Source: a virus (Duplodnaviria; Caudoviricetes). Taken from it: a stretch of DNA of 45,934 nt. Under the pieces are notes generated by a model, which was not told the DNA's origin, ran no database searches, and saw nothing but the letters and a program-made list of their open reading frames with translations. The translations under genes were made by a program, and so were the position numbers. Shown piece after piece: positions 15,853 through 26,300 of the stretch. Where the stretch lies: the IMG/VR virus record IMGVR_UViG_3300037313_000916, positions 1-45,934 of that record; one strand, given 5' to 3'. The first letter of the stretch is position 1. Each line of letters begins with the position of its first letter.

Positions 15853-17070
15853 ATGGCAGGAGCCACCCTTACCACGGTGGACGCTGCTCTCAAGGAGACC
15901 TGGACCGAGTCCGATCTCGCGGAGCAGATCTACCAGGGCAACCCGTTCCTGGAGCGCGTCAGGCGCATCAAGAGCACTCAGGTCGGCCAGCAGGCCGTCA
16001 CCCCGATCCACGTCTCCCGCAACGCCGGTTACACGGCGTTTCCCGCCTCCGGTGCCACGCTCAACGCGGCCGGCAACCAGGGCATGGCGCAGGCGACGTG
16101 GCAGTACACCCACCACGCGCAGCAGGTCCGCATCGAGGGTTCCGCGATCGACGGCACGTCCTCGGATGCGCTGTCCGTCGCCGAAGTCGTCGACACCGAG
16201 GTCTCGGGCGCACTGGACGACCTCAACCGGCGACTGACTCGCCAGTTGTTCGGCAACGGCGACGCGCTGATCACGGCGTGCGGCACGACCACGTCCAGCA
16301 CGACCGTTGTGCTGAACGTGACCGATGGCTGGAACGCCATCGAGCGCGGCTGGCTGGGTGTCGGCGACCCCATCGACATCGGTACCACCGCGAACGAGGT
16401 GTCCGTCGCGGACGCCGTCACCATCACCGCGGTCACCGAGTCGCCCACCGCCCCGACGATCACGATCTCCGGGTCGGCGGTCACGACGTCGTCGGCGAAC
16501 TACGTGTCGCTCGCGAACTCGCGGTCCGGCACCACGTCGTACGAGATGAACGGCCTGACGAACATCGTGTCGACGTCGGCGACGCTCGGTGGCCTTACGG
16601 TCGCGTCGAACCCGACGTGGGCCGCTGCCGGTGTCGACAGCACGTCGCAGGCGCTGACGCTCGCGCTGATCTACGGCAAGGATCGCCAGATCCGTCAGAA
16701 GACGGGCAAGGACAGCACGATGAAGCTGACCGGCCTCAAGCAGGCCGAGGCGGCGTACAAGCTCGGCCAGGCACAGGTCCGGTTCGCCGGCGATAGCAAG
16801 GTGTCGGTCGGCAACATCGACGCGTTCGACATCGCCGGGATGACGGTCGCCCGTCACCCCGACTGCCAGAACGAGAAGTTCTACTTCCTCACCATCGAGG
16901 ACTTCCGGCTGATCACGGCCGGCGACCCGTACTGGCAGTCCAAGATCACCGGCGGCAAGACCCTGGAGTGGATTCAGGGCACGGACGCGTACGGCGCGAA
17001 GATCGTCTGCCGTATGCAGCTCGGTCTCGCTCGGCGCAACAGCCAGGCCGCCCTCACGGGCCTCAGCTAG
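15853..17070 (+). CDS. major capsid protein (HK97 fold, with Ser/Thr-rich insertion)
   Basis: 405 aa; ALKETW...FLER, RQLFGNG, EMNGLTNIV and RRNSQAALTGL patterns. Strong AAGGA RBS and highly biased codons. Confidence 0.88.
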   Translation: MAGATLTTVDAALKETWTESDLAEQIYQGNPFLERVRRIKSTQVGQQAVTPIHVSRNAGYTAFPASGATLNAAGNQGMAQATWQYTHHAQQVRIEGSAIDGTSSDALSVAEVVDTEVSGALDDLNRRLTRQLFGNGDALITACGTTTSSTTVVLNVTDGWNAIERGWLGVGDPIDIGTTANEVSVADAVTITAVTESPTAPTITISGSAVTTSSANYVSLANSRSGTTSYEMNGLTNIVSTSATLGGLTVASNPTWAAAGVDSTSQALTLALIYGKDRQIRQKTGKDSTMKLTGLKQAEAAYKLGQAQVRFAGDSKVSVGNIDAFDIAGMTVARHPDCQNEKFYFLTIEDFRLITAGDPYWQSKITGGKTLEWIQGTDAYGAKIVCRMQLGLARRNSQAALTGLS

Positions 17071-17086
17071 GCCCCAGGTTGACAGC

Positions 17087-17118
17087 AGCCCCGTCCCGGG
17101 TCACGCCGGGGCGGGGCC
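17087..17118 (+). terminator. GC-rich stem-loop after the capsid gene (terminator or mRNA stabiliser)
   Basis: GCCCCGTCCCGG...CCGGGGCGGGGC stem; no clear U-tract. Confidence 0.5.
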
Positions 17119-17152
17119 ATCCGTCGTACCCCTTCTCCCCAAGGAAACCCTT

Positions 17153-17476
17153 ATGGCCCTCTCCTTCTCCGCTGTCGACTGGGCTGGTGTGTCCGGCACG
17201 CAGCGCAAGACCGTCACGAACGTGACGTTCGACTCGTCGTACCTGTCGGGCGGCGAAACCGTCACGGCCGCCCAGCTTGGTCTGTCGTCGCTCGACTACG
17301 GCACCTGTCAGATCAAGGCGGTTGGCGGCACCGTCAACGTCGCTTCCGCGTTCCTCGAGTGCGTCGCCGACCCGGCCGCCAACAAGATCCATCTGTGGGA
17401 CGAGACGCCGGCCGAGGTGACGTCGACCGCGGACGTGTCTGGCATCGTCGTTCAGGTCACGGCGTTCGGGCACTGA
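17153..17476 (+). CDS. small virion protein (possible capsid decoration/cement)
   Basis: All-beta, 107 aa, VTFDSSY.SGGE; AAGGA RBS; immediately follows the capsid gene. Confidence 0.55.
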   Translation: MALSFSAVDWAGVSGTQRKTVTNVTFDSSYLSGGETVTAAQLGLSSLDYGTCQIKAVGGTVNVASAFLECVADPAANKIHLWDETPAEVTSTADVSGIVVQVTAFGH

Positions 17477-17478
17477 GC

Positions 17479-17970
17479 ATGAGTTCGCTGATCTTGCCAC
17501 CGACCGCGCTGTACAACCTGGAGCGCGAAGCGATGGCTGAGCGTCATGGGGCGTTGCGCTGGTTCGATCAGCAGCTCAAGCAGATCGACCCTGCGCTTGA
17601 CCTGGTTCGTGCGGCCCCGCACGCTTCGGCGCCCGGCATGGTGCCGGACTTCTGGCATGTGCGTCGTCGTAACGGCCCGGGGGTCATCGACTCGTACATC
17701 GCGATCACGGGCGATGACGGCGGGTTCGTGGAGCCTGCGTCCTGGTGGCTGGAGCGGTTCCGTGCGGATGACGCATGGACGAACGGTGGCTGGGATGCGA
17801 TGAAGAAGCGCTGGGACGCTCGCGAGGCGTCCCGTGCCCGCGACAAAGAGAACCGCAGGGTCGCGAGGGTTGAGGAGATCGCCGGCCGCATCAAAGCGAT
17901 CGATAGCCCCGGCGTCTCGATGACCGATGCGGGCGCGTGGCGGTATCGGGCTAGGGCTCGTCGTGGCTGA
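17479..17970 (+). CDS. hypothetical head-module protein
   Basis: ATG 17479 three nt after the previous stop; tightly packed. Confidence 0.6.
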   Translation: MSSLILPPTALYNLEREAMAERHGALRWFDQQLKQIDPALDLVRAAPHASAPGMVPDFWHVRRRNGPGVIDSYIAITGDDGGFVEPASWWLERFRADDAWTNGGWDAMKKRWDAREASRARDKENRRVARVEEIAGRIKAIDSPGVSMTDAGAWRYRARARRG

Positions 17971-18220
17971 TTACCAGCTCACGCACACCCCGATCGAAGT
18001 GGTGCCCGATGCGGGGTGCCGCACATATGTGGTGTCGGTCGGCGGCGAAGCGTTCTACGGCCGCTCGCATGTGTTGGAGCCCGCCACGATCGTCGGCAGC
18101 CTCTCCCACGATGAGCGCGTCACGATCGATGAGCGCATGTGGTTCATGTCGGGTGACGGCGCCCGTTTGCATGTGGTTCAGCAGCGGTTCTGTCGTCGGT
18201 GTGGGTGGGTTGACGGATGA
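17963..18220 (+). CDS. hypothetical protein with C-terminal CxxC
   Basis: GTG start overlaps the previous gene; FCRRCGW. Confidence 0.5.
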   Translation: MADYQLTHTPIEVVPDAGCRTYVVSVGGEAFYGRSHVLEPATIVGSLSHDERVTIDERMWFMSGDGARLHVVQQRFCRRCGWVDG

Positions 18221-18837
18221 ACTTGGGCACCATGCGAACCGAGCTCCAGGCCCGAGGTTTCGATGGCCTGTCGACGACGCGCGCCAACCAGTTCATTGTC
18301 GAGGCCTACCACGCGATCTGCGAATGGGACGGCACGCCCTGGCCGTTCCTTGAGACGACGACCACCGGGACCGCGCCGGTCACGATCAGCGACCTGCGAG
18401 AGATTCTGTACGTCATTGACACCGCCACCTTGGACCGGTTGGAGCAGGCGGACAGTCGAGACATCGTGGATCTTGACCCTGCGATCACGACCGCCGGCAC
18501 ACCGTACCGCTACTGGCTCGACGGCCTCACGACGCTAAAGGTCTGGCCGACGAACACCTCACAAACCCTCAGCATCCGGTACCTAAAGGTACCCACCGAT
18601 CTGTCGTCGGACTCCGACACGCCGGTGGTGCCGACGCGCTACCACCCGCAGATCGTGGACATGGCCGAAGTGCTGGCGTGCCAAGACGTGTCGGACTTCC
18701 AGAAAGCGGAGGCGAAGCGCCAGCTCCTCGAGCTGAAGTTGCGCCGGATGCAGGACACGCTCTGCAAACGCAACGACGACGACCCCGACTACATCGTTGT
18801 GACGAACACGGACCTCATATCGGGGTCTTGGTGCTGA
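18217..18837 (+). CDS. head-tail adaptor protein
   Basis: MNLGTMRTEL...WPFLE...GTP..Y...LKVWP...Y...P.DL....DTP..P.RYH..IV is typical of podovirus adaptors. Confidence 0.75.
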   Translation: MNLGTMRTELQARGFDGLSTTRANQFIVEAYHAICEWDGTPWPFLETTTTGTAPVTISDLREILYVIDTATLDRLEQADSRDIVDLDPAITTAGTPYRYWLDGLTTLKVWPTNTSQTLSIRYLKVPTDLSSDSDTPVVPTRYHPQIVDMAEVLACQDVSDFQKAEAKRQLLELKLRRMQDTLCKRNDDDPDYIVVTNTDLISGSWC

Positions 18838-19280
18838 GCAAGGAAGTCGCGGCCGCGATGATCGCACCGCCGGTCGGTGTCCCACGCGATGACGGTGCGG
18901 CCATGCTTGTGGATCGACGCGCGAGCAAAGACATGGTTGGCGTACATGACGGATCGCGGGTTGGTGGAATGCTCAGGGTCCAGTGTATTCGCCGGGTCGC
19001 GAAACCCAGCGAGATGCCCATACTCGTGGATCATTGTGGTGCAGAACACTGGCCATGGTGCGTGACGAGCGACAATGATCTGACAGAGATCGGGGCTGGC
19101 TGCTGCGAGCCCGTCCCCGTCGTCACCTGGGATGGCCTGCCAAGTGACGTGGACGCCGCTGGCGCACGGGTTGTGCCAGACGATCTGCGCGATCAGCTTC
19201 GCACGGTCGATCCTCCAGCCGGCATGGGCCGGGGTCGCGAGGACCGCGAGGAGCGCCGCGACGATCAGACCCAACCGCAC
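18789..19280 (-). CDS. secreted metzincin/matrixin-like metalloprotease (moron)
   Basis: Signal peptide ending PAHA, HEYGHLAG zinc motif, Met-turn SVMY. TACCGT lies 7 nt upstream of the GTG start. Confidence 0.8.
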   Translation of the reverse strand: MRLGLIVAALLAVLATPAHAGWRIDRAKLIAQIVWHNPCASGVHVTWQAIPGDDGDGLAAASPDLCQIIVARHAPWPVFCTTMIHEYGHLAGFRDPANTLDPEHSTNPRSVMYANHVFARASIHKHGRTVIAWDTDRRCDHRGRDFLAQHQDPDMRSVFVTTM

Positions 19281-19297
19281 ACCACCGACGGTACACC

Positions 19298-20791
19298 ATG
19301 GTAAACGCAGAGGTCGGCCAGTTCGGGGGGCTGCAGCTTCTCGCGGACCCGCAGGACGTGGGGATGCGCGGCGCGACCTCGATGCTCAACGCCGATATTG
19401 GGCGTGGCCGGTCGATCGTTGGTTCGCGCGCTGGCCTGTCGCGTCTCGGGACGGGTTCCGGCACCTATCATCGCATCGCGGCGGTCAACGGCGCGAAGCT
19501 GGTGGTCGCGAAGAACGCCGGGTCGGGCATCGCGGCCCAGTACATCACGATCAGCTCCGGGTCGTTTTCGACAGCTTCGTCCCCGACGTGGGGTAGCTCG
19601 TCCACGATCGTGACGAGCATCCTGGGGTTCTCTGCATCCGGGACCATCGGCATCGCGTCCCGCAACAGTTCAAGCAACGAGGAACTGAAGGCGTGGGACG
19701 GGACCGGTGCGGCACCTACGGGAGCGACGTACAACCCTAGGTATATCGCGATCACGCCTACCGATCAGCGGTTGGTAGCGGCGCACTACACGTCGTCAAC
19801 TGCCACCCCGTCGGGCGCTAACGGAACGACGTCAACCGTCTTCTTCTCCAACGCCGGGGACCTCAGCGGTATCCCCGCCTCGTTCCCCGCGAACAACTGG
19901 GTGCAGCTTTACCCGTACGACGGGGAAGAGATCACCGGGGTCGTGACATGGCGGGAACTCACATTCGTCATCAAACGTTCCGCGCTGTACGTCTTTTACG
20001 GCAACTCGGTCGACGGGCAGGGGAACGCCGTTTTCAACTTCCGGCGAGTGACTCTCCCCGCGCTGGCGCGCGCCACCGCTAACCGTGGTGGCGAGAACAT
20101 GGTCGCTGGCCCCGACGGGGTCTACCTCCTGTTGACAGACGGCGTGTATCGCACCACGGGTGGCCAGCCCGAAATGCTGTCCCGCCAGATCAGCCCGCTG
20201 TTCGACAGCACTGGCGACAGCGCCATGGTGTTCCCGAACACGTCCACCGATTGGATGTTCGGCTCTCACGGCAACCGCGTCTACCTCTCCTACCCGAACG
20301 GCGCGAACTACCGCACCCTCGTGTACGACTCTCTGCTTGGAGAGTGGCTGCTGTGGGACATCACGGCCGGCACGTCGGCGCTACCTACCAACGTCATCAC
20401 CTGGCTGGACACCAATGGGCTGCCGGTCGGCTACTTCGCCGCGGGCTCCAAGGTGTTCTCGTTCTCGCCCACCGCAACGTCGGATGACGGGACCGCGATC
20501 ACGTCGTCGTACCGCACGGGGTTTTGGACACCCGCCGTCGGGACGGTGCGGGCTTCCGATGATCAGCGTCAGGTTCGCTGCTGGAAGCTTGATGGCGTTG
20601 GCGCGGTGAGCCTCAAGACCGCCATGAACGATTCGACCACCCTGGGTTCGGCGGCGACGGTGACGATGGGCACATCACCGGCTGTGGCGCGCGGACAGGA
20701 CTGGCGCGGCGTCGTCGGACGCAACTTTAGCGTCGAGCTCTCGAGCACCGCCGCGTGGTCGGTGTCCCGCATGCTCGCGGGGGTGGAGTAA
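19298..20791 (+). CDS. tail nozzle / tubular protein B-like (beta-propeller)
   Basis: FGGL start, STVFFS..GD, DGEEITG, DGVY...G...LS..I, TLVYD...W..W propeller patterns; follows the adaptor. Confidence 0.75.
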   Translation: MVNAEVGQFGGLQLLADPQDVGMRGATSMLNADIGRGRSIVGSRAGLSRLGTGSGTYHRIAAVNGAKLVVAKNAGSGIAAQYITISSGSFSTASSPTWGSSSTIVTSILGFSASGTIGIASRNSSSNEELKAWDGTGAAPTGATYNPRYIAITPTDQRLVAAHYTSSTATPSGANGTTSTVFFSNAGDLSGIPASFPANNWVQLYPYDGEEITGVVTWRELTFVIKRSALYVFYGNSVDGQGNAVFNFRRVTLPALARATANRGGENMVAGPDGVYLLLTDGVYRTTGGQPEMLSRQISPLFDSTGDSAMVFPNTSTDWMFGSHGNRVYLSYPNGANYRTLVYDSLLGEWLLWDITAGTSALPTNVITWLDTNGLPVGYFAAGSKVFSFSPTATSDDGTAITSSYRTGFWTPAVGTVRASDDQRQVRCWKLDGVGAVSLKTAMNDSTTLGSAATVTMGTSPAVARGQDWRGVVGRNFSVELSSTAAWSVSRMLAGVE

Positions 20792-21169
20792 ATGCCGATC
20801 CCGCTTGAGCGAGTTGACCACCTTGGCGACGGAACCATCGACCCCGCGACTACGCAGCGTAACTTCAACAAGCTTGCGCAGCTCGTCCCGGGGTTTGGCG
20901 GCAAGTCCGTAGAGATTCGCTATGGACGCACGAACACTGGTGGGTTCGGCGGCGGCGTGGTCCTTACGCAGTCGGTCACGCACGGTCTGGGAACGACGCC
21001 CGTAGCGATCCTCGGCACCGCCGACTCCGTGTCCTACACCGGGGTGTTGCGCCCTGTCGTTTGCTCTGTCGACTCGTATAGCGCAACGACCGTCACGTTC
21101 CGATGCTATCTGCCGGACGGCTCTACCCCGGCTATCGGAACTGTCATCAACTGGACCGTGATCGGCTGA
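20792..21169 (+). CDS. small tail-associated protein
   Basis: VTHGLGTTP...SATTVTF...INWTVIG C-terminal pattern seen in tail fibre or lectin-like domains. Confidence 0.5.
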   Translation: MPIPLERVDHLGDGTIDPATTQRNFNKLAQLVPGFGGKSVEIRYGRTNTGGFGGGVVLTQSVTHGLGTTPVAILGTADSVSYTGVLRPVVCSVDSYSATTVTFRCYLPDGSTPAIGTVINWTVIG

Positions 21170-21171
21170 AT

Positions 21172-21825
21172 ATGGCAAGTAACCATGGTGGGGTCAACTC
21201 GAAGACGCGGAAGCTTCAGCGAAACAAGCCCGTTGCGCCTCCCCAGGTGCATACGGACACGGCTGCGTGGCAGGCGTTCGCCGATGGGCTGAAGGCCAAG
21301 CAGTCGCAGCCGCCCGCGGAGGACCCGGCGACCGCGCAGTACAAGTCGCTGCTTGGCGACGCGACGACCAACGCGAATCGCACATATGGCACTACGCTCG
21401 TCGATTCGGTCGGCAACGAGTCGTCGTTTGCGAGCGATCTCGGTGCGACGCTGGCCGATCGTCCCAAGGACGCGGATGGCGCGTACCTGGACCCGTCGGC
21501 GGTCACTACCGGGACGTTTGACTGGGGCGGCGTTCAGGCGTCGAACCCGTTCAGCAAAGCTGCGCTGCTCGTCCGCAACTACCAGCAGCAGCGGGGGCGC
21601 ACCACGAATGGCTACGCAGCACAGGGGCAGCTTTACTCCGGCGCTATCCAGAACCAGCGCGGCCAGGACACCTTCGGCTATCAGCAGGGCCAGGACACGC
21701 TGCAGAAGGCGTTGCAGGAATACCTCACCGGTCAGTCGCGTTCTCGTCGCGACGCTGGGGTTACGCGCGACGACACGATCAACAACGCCGGCCTTACGGG
21801 TCTCGGCTCGCTCCTCGGAGGCTAG
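21172..21825 (+). CDS. putative internal virion/ejection protein
   Basis: Q/G/A-rich with YAAQGQLYSGA motif; position after the nozzle. Confidence 0.55.
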   Translation: MASNHGGVNSKTRKLQRNKPVAPPQVHTDTAAWQAFADGLKAKQSQPPAEDPATAQYKSLLGDATTNANRTYGTTLVDSVGNESSFASDLGATLADRPKDADGAYLDPSAVTTGTFDWGGVQASNPFSKAALLVRNYQQQRGRTTNGYAAQGQLYSGAIQNQRGQDTFGYQQGQDTLQKALQEYLTGQSRSRRDAGVTRDDTINNAGLTGLGSLLGG

Positions 21826-21827
21826 AG

Positions 21828-22007
21828 ATGGCACTTCCCCCTGAAGCACAGCGCGCGATTGCCGAGGGCATGAAGAAGCGAAAGAAGCGTCAGCCTGCCG
21901 AGGATGAGCCGGGCTGGGACCCGAAGACGATGGGCAACCGTCGCACGAAGCGACCGCTTCGGAAGATCACGCCGCAGGAGTTCGCGGCTGGCAAGCGGAT
22001 GATTTGA
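21828..22007 (+). CDS. small basic protein (59 aa)
   Basis: Not in track. MALPPEAQRAIAEGMKKRKKRQPAEDEPGWDPKTMGNRR...MI*; GGAGG upstream; fills the gap exactly. Confidence 0.65.
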   Translation: MALPPEAQRAIAEGMKKRKKRQPAEDEPGWDPKTMGNRRTKRPLRKITPQEFAAGKRMI

Positions 22008-22014
22008 GAACCGC

Positions 22015-23352
22015 ATGAGCAACACTCCTCGTGTCACCGGCCAAAGGCCTCAGCCGACGACCGGCAAAACCGTCATCAAGAAGCCGAAGAAGCCTGCGAA
22101 GCCGCATGGCATCCCGACCGAGGGCGAGCGCTTGGCTATTTGGCTCGCCAACCCGGGCCTGCGGTCCAAGCTCCCCGATTCGGCGTTGACCGAGGGGCAG
22201 TTGGCGCAGCGCAAGACGAACGCGTTCAATGCTGCCCCCGCGGCCCCGGGGTCGAGCTACACCAACGGCTCCCTCAACCAGCTACTGGACATCCTGACGC
22301 GTCAGAAGTTCGGTCCCGAACAGCAGGCGCTCGATCAGCGCGGCCACGACATGCCGCTATGGTTTCAGGCGTACCGCAAGCAGGTGGATGATGCGCGCCT
22401 CGCGGAGAACGCTGCGGTGGGCCAGCAGGTCACGTCGCTGAACAACTTTGCGACGCAGGCCAGCGGCGATCTTGGTTACACGGGGGATGGCAGCGATCCT
22501 GCGGCCGCTCAGCGGGCCCAGGCTGCCGCTGCGGTTCGAGCCTCCGGGATCACCAACCAGGCTGCGATTGCGCAACAGCTCGGCGGAATCCAGAACTCGT
22601 TCTTGACGAACACGGGTCTCAACAGCTTCGGGTTGCAGAACGGTGCGATGGCACAGCTCGGGCAGCAACGCCAGCAACTCGCTCGGGACCGGGGTGATTT
22701 TCGTGTGACGCAGCGCGGTCAGATCCTGTCGGATGAGGCTGACTCCGCGTTGAAGAACGCGCTGACGGCGTCGCAGATCGGCGAGAACGAGGCGCAGACG
22801 AGCGCAACGCAAGCGACGACTGCGAAAACTAAGGCCGATACAACGAAGACGAAGGCCGAGAACGCGTACTTCAAGAAGTACGGGCATTACCCGAAGCGGG
22901 GTGGTACGTCGGCTGCGGACAAGGTTGCCGAAGCGCGCCTGAAGTTCTTCAACGAGCATGGGTATTTCCCGCCGACCGGGCCGCCGAAGACCGGCAAGGG
23001 TGGCGACAAGGACGAGTTTGGCAACACGCCGAAACAGCGCCAGGCTGCGCAGGATTCGTTCGATAAGGCGCGTCGTCTCGCGAAGCAGTACAAGCCATCG
23101 GTCAAGACCGAGAGTGAGCTGGTGGACTTCCTCGTTGGCGCGAAGAACGTGAACATCGCTATGGCGAGAGCTGCGGCGCAGGCAGCGTTTCATGAGGGGC
23201 GCGTCGGTCCGAAGACCAAGGGTCGTTTGAAGCGTCGTGGTGTCACGAAGTTTCCGAAGGGCACCCCGACGGTTTCCAAGGACACCGCTGATACGGTGAA
23301 TAGTGCGATCAGTGGTGTCGGGGCGTTGTTGTCGAACCTGCCGGGGAGCTAG
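22015..23352 (+). CDS. putative internal virion/ejection protein
   Basis: A/Q/K-rich and helical; internal repeat YFKKYGHYP / FFNEHGYFP. Confidence 0.55.
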   Translation: MSNTPRVTGQRPQPTTGKTVIKKPKKPAKPHGIPTEGERLAIWLANPGLRSKLPDSALTEGQLAQRKTNAFNAAPAAPGSSYTNGSLNQLLDILTRQKFGPEQQALDQRGHDMPLWFQAYRKQVDDARLAENAAVGQQVTSLNNFATQASGDLGYTGDGSDPAAAQRAQAAAAVRASGITNQAAIAQQLGGIQNSFLTNTGLNSFGLQNGAMAQLGQQRQQLARDRGDFRVTQRGQILSDEADSALKNALTASQIGENEAQTSATQATTAKTKADTTKTKAENAYFKKYGHYPKRGGTSAADKVAEARLKFFNEHGYFPPTGPPKTGKGGDKDEFGNTPKQRQAAQDSFDKARRLAKQYKPSVKTESELVDFLVGAKNVNIAMARAAAQAAFHEGRVGPKTKGRLKRRGVTKFPKGTPTVSKDTADTVNSAISGVGALLSNLPGS

Positions 23353-26300
23353 GTGCGCGGCATCGAGTCCGGTGGCGGCAAGCCCCGGAAGCCCCTGAAG
23401 AAGAAGCCCCCAACGCCCGCGCCTCGTCGGGGTGGTGCTGCCGACACGTGGAAGCAGCCTGGGTACACGCCACCTAAGTCCCAGACGCCTACAAAACCGC
23501 ACCCGCCGAAGCCCCATCCGTCGGAGGTCAAGGACGTCAAGTCTGACGCTGACCGTAAGCGTGCCGAGCCGACCGTTCGCCGCGAGCTGAAGCTGATCCG
23601 TCAGCGCGAGGCCGCCCGCAAGGAGGCCGCAAGGATCAACGCTGCCGCCAAGGGCAGGACGCTGACCGTCAAAACACACCGTGACAGTCCCGTCAAGGAC
23701 GTCGCGCACGCTGCCGACAACGTGCTACGAGTCGTTTATCCAAGGGGTAAGAAGGGCGGCAAGGGCGCCCCGGCGGGTTCCGCTGTGTCCTCCGTGCCGA
23801 TGGTCGCGACCGGCGGGCCGGCACGCCGCGCCAAGAACATCGGTACCGCACTGTATCTCGATCCCGTCGGGGTCCCGAAGAACACCATCAAGTCGCTTCC
23901 GTCGATCGCTGCTGGCGCTGTTGGTGCCACGGGTTCGATCATCAACGACGCCGCTCATGGTCGCGCGACGACGCTCAAGAAGCTCCCGGGTGAGGCGGCG
24001 AAGGGCTACAAGCGGCGGTACGGCGCGTCGGACGCAGAACAGATCCGACAGATCCGTAAGGAGGGCGCGGCGTCGGACGTGTCGGACGCTGCGGCGGTGC
24101 TGGGTGGCGGTGGTGCGGTCATCGGTCGCGCGCTGACGCCCATCGCGAAGACTGGTGCGCTTGGCGAGAAGGCCGCCAAGGTCGCGTCTGAGGCTCGCCC
24201 GAAGTTGCGTGTGCTGCCTGGTGAGGGTGGCGCCAAGACACAGCCGAAGTCCAAGAACCTGTTTGTCGCGGGTGTTCAGGACGCACGCGATCAGCGCCGC
24301 GCAAAGAAGATCGCGAAGCAGCAGGCTCGTCACGAGGCTGAGGGCACCCCGGTCCGGGGGGTCGTGCCGGAGGGACCCGACGAGGTTGTGCGTACGTCGC
24401 TGCGGCGCCAGCGCCACGAGCAGCACAAGGCGACGGCCGGTCAGGTGTCCCGCGGCCACATCCGGTTGAAGAACAAGCAGGACCGCGAGGTCCGCCAGGG
24501 GATCGAGCGTGAGCGCAGGACGTTGCGCAAGGCGACGCCGAAGAACGCCCGGGGTGTTGTCGCTGATGCTGAGCAGTTGGCGCTCGAGGGGCACATCAAC
24601 TTCGATGATGTTGCGAGGACTCGCGAGCTGCTGACGGCCCGGCGCGCCGCGATCGTTTCGCACCGCGCCGAGCACAAGACGAAGGTGCCGAAGACGCGCG
24701 GGAAGTCGAACGACGACCTCGCAAGAATTGACAGGGTTCTCAAGGCGCTTGATGAGAACCCGTCGTCTGTGTTGTCCCCGGCGCTCCGCGACTTCCACGC
24801 CAAGCAGGTCGACCGGTACCACCGTTTGCGTGGTGACGAGCAGATCGTCGATGCGCTCACCGCCGATGTGCGTCGGTACATGCCGCTCGCGCGCACCACT
24901 GGGGACGCTAAGGCGTTCGAGGCGAAGGTCGCACGCATCGAAGAGAAGCACGCCAACGGCGACTTCGGGGCACCGGAGAGCAGCACGGCTGCGGCCAAGG
25001 CGAACGAGCTCGTCGATCGTGCCCGCACCCAGTTCGTCGCGACGGTCAAGGCGAAGGCTACGCATATGGGTGTCGGGGAGCCGGTGTACGTGCTGCATCG
25101 CCCCCGACCGACCGCCGGGTACGCCGACTACGCAGCCGGTGGGTCACGCGCCGTCGCTGGTCCCAAGAAAACCAGCTACAAGCTGCATGACACCGGGACG
25201 CAGGACGTCACCCCTGGCGCGTACACACAGGGCGTCGCGAAGACGATCAAACGCAACGTCAACTGGAACACCGTTGCTGACGTGCTTGAGCGTAACGCGG
25301 TGCCGTGGTCGCGCGGCACGGCCGGCGGTGGGCGGACCGTTGAGAAGTTGCGCCAGGAGATCGACACTCGCGGTCTCGACGAAAGGGACTGGGCCGTCGT
25401 CGATCTCGGCGTGTACCGCAAGAACCTTGAGGCGGCGACCGTCGGCCGCGGCGACGACCTCATCTCTACTGGCGAGGCCGGTCTGCACGATGCGCTGACG
25501 AAAGCAACGTATGATCTGGCGGGCGCCGAGTCCCAGTTCGTGCGAACCAACCGTCGTTTCGTGGTGGTTCCGCGCGCTGTCGCGAACGAGCTGCGCGACA
25601 TGACGAAGCCCGCTGGCACCATCCGTCGTGGCGCTCAGAAGTTCCAGGGATGGCAGTCCCGCGTTCTGCTGAACCTCAACCCGACGTTCGTCCCGATCCA
25701 GGTGATCGGGACCACCCCGCTCGCGATCTACGCTCTCCGTGGCAACGTCAAGGACTTGCTGGCCGCGCAGGGCTGGTATAAGGATCTCGACACTGCGAGC
25801 CGCGACGTGGTTGACGAGCGCCTCGGAATCAGCCCCGCCCGGTCCGCTACGCAGTCCCCGCGGCTTGGTGCTGCATCGCCGGACAACCGGCTCATCCGGT
25901 TCTTCCAGGCGGTCGTTGACAGCGACCGTGCGCAGCGCATCAAGGGTTCGTGGGCGAACCCACTGAACTGGAACCCCATCTTCGATGACGCCCAGAACGG
26001 GTTCTTCCGCAAGGCCGTGTTCTACAACCAGGCGAAGCGGCAGGCCGCGCAGGGCATGGGCCGCTCCGCCGATGCCATCCGCAGCGACGCCGCTCCGTTG
26101 ATCGACATTCTCAAGATGCCGGCCGGCGAAGCGAAGATCCGTGCTCTCCGTCGCGCCGAACCGCAGATCGAGCAGGTCGCGCAGCATGTCGACGACTGGC
26201 TCGGCAACTATTTGCGGTTCACCGCTCGTGAGCGGCAGTACCTCAAGACGGCGCTGCTGTTCTACGGCTTCCTGCGCTGGTCGCTGAAGTTCACGCTGTA

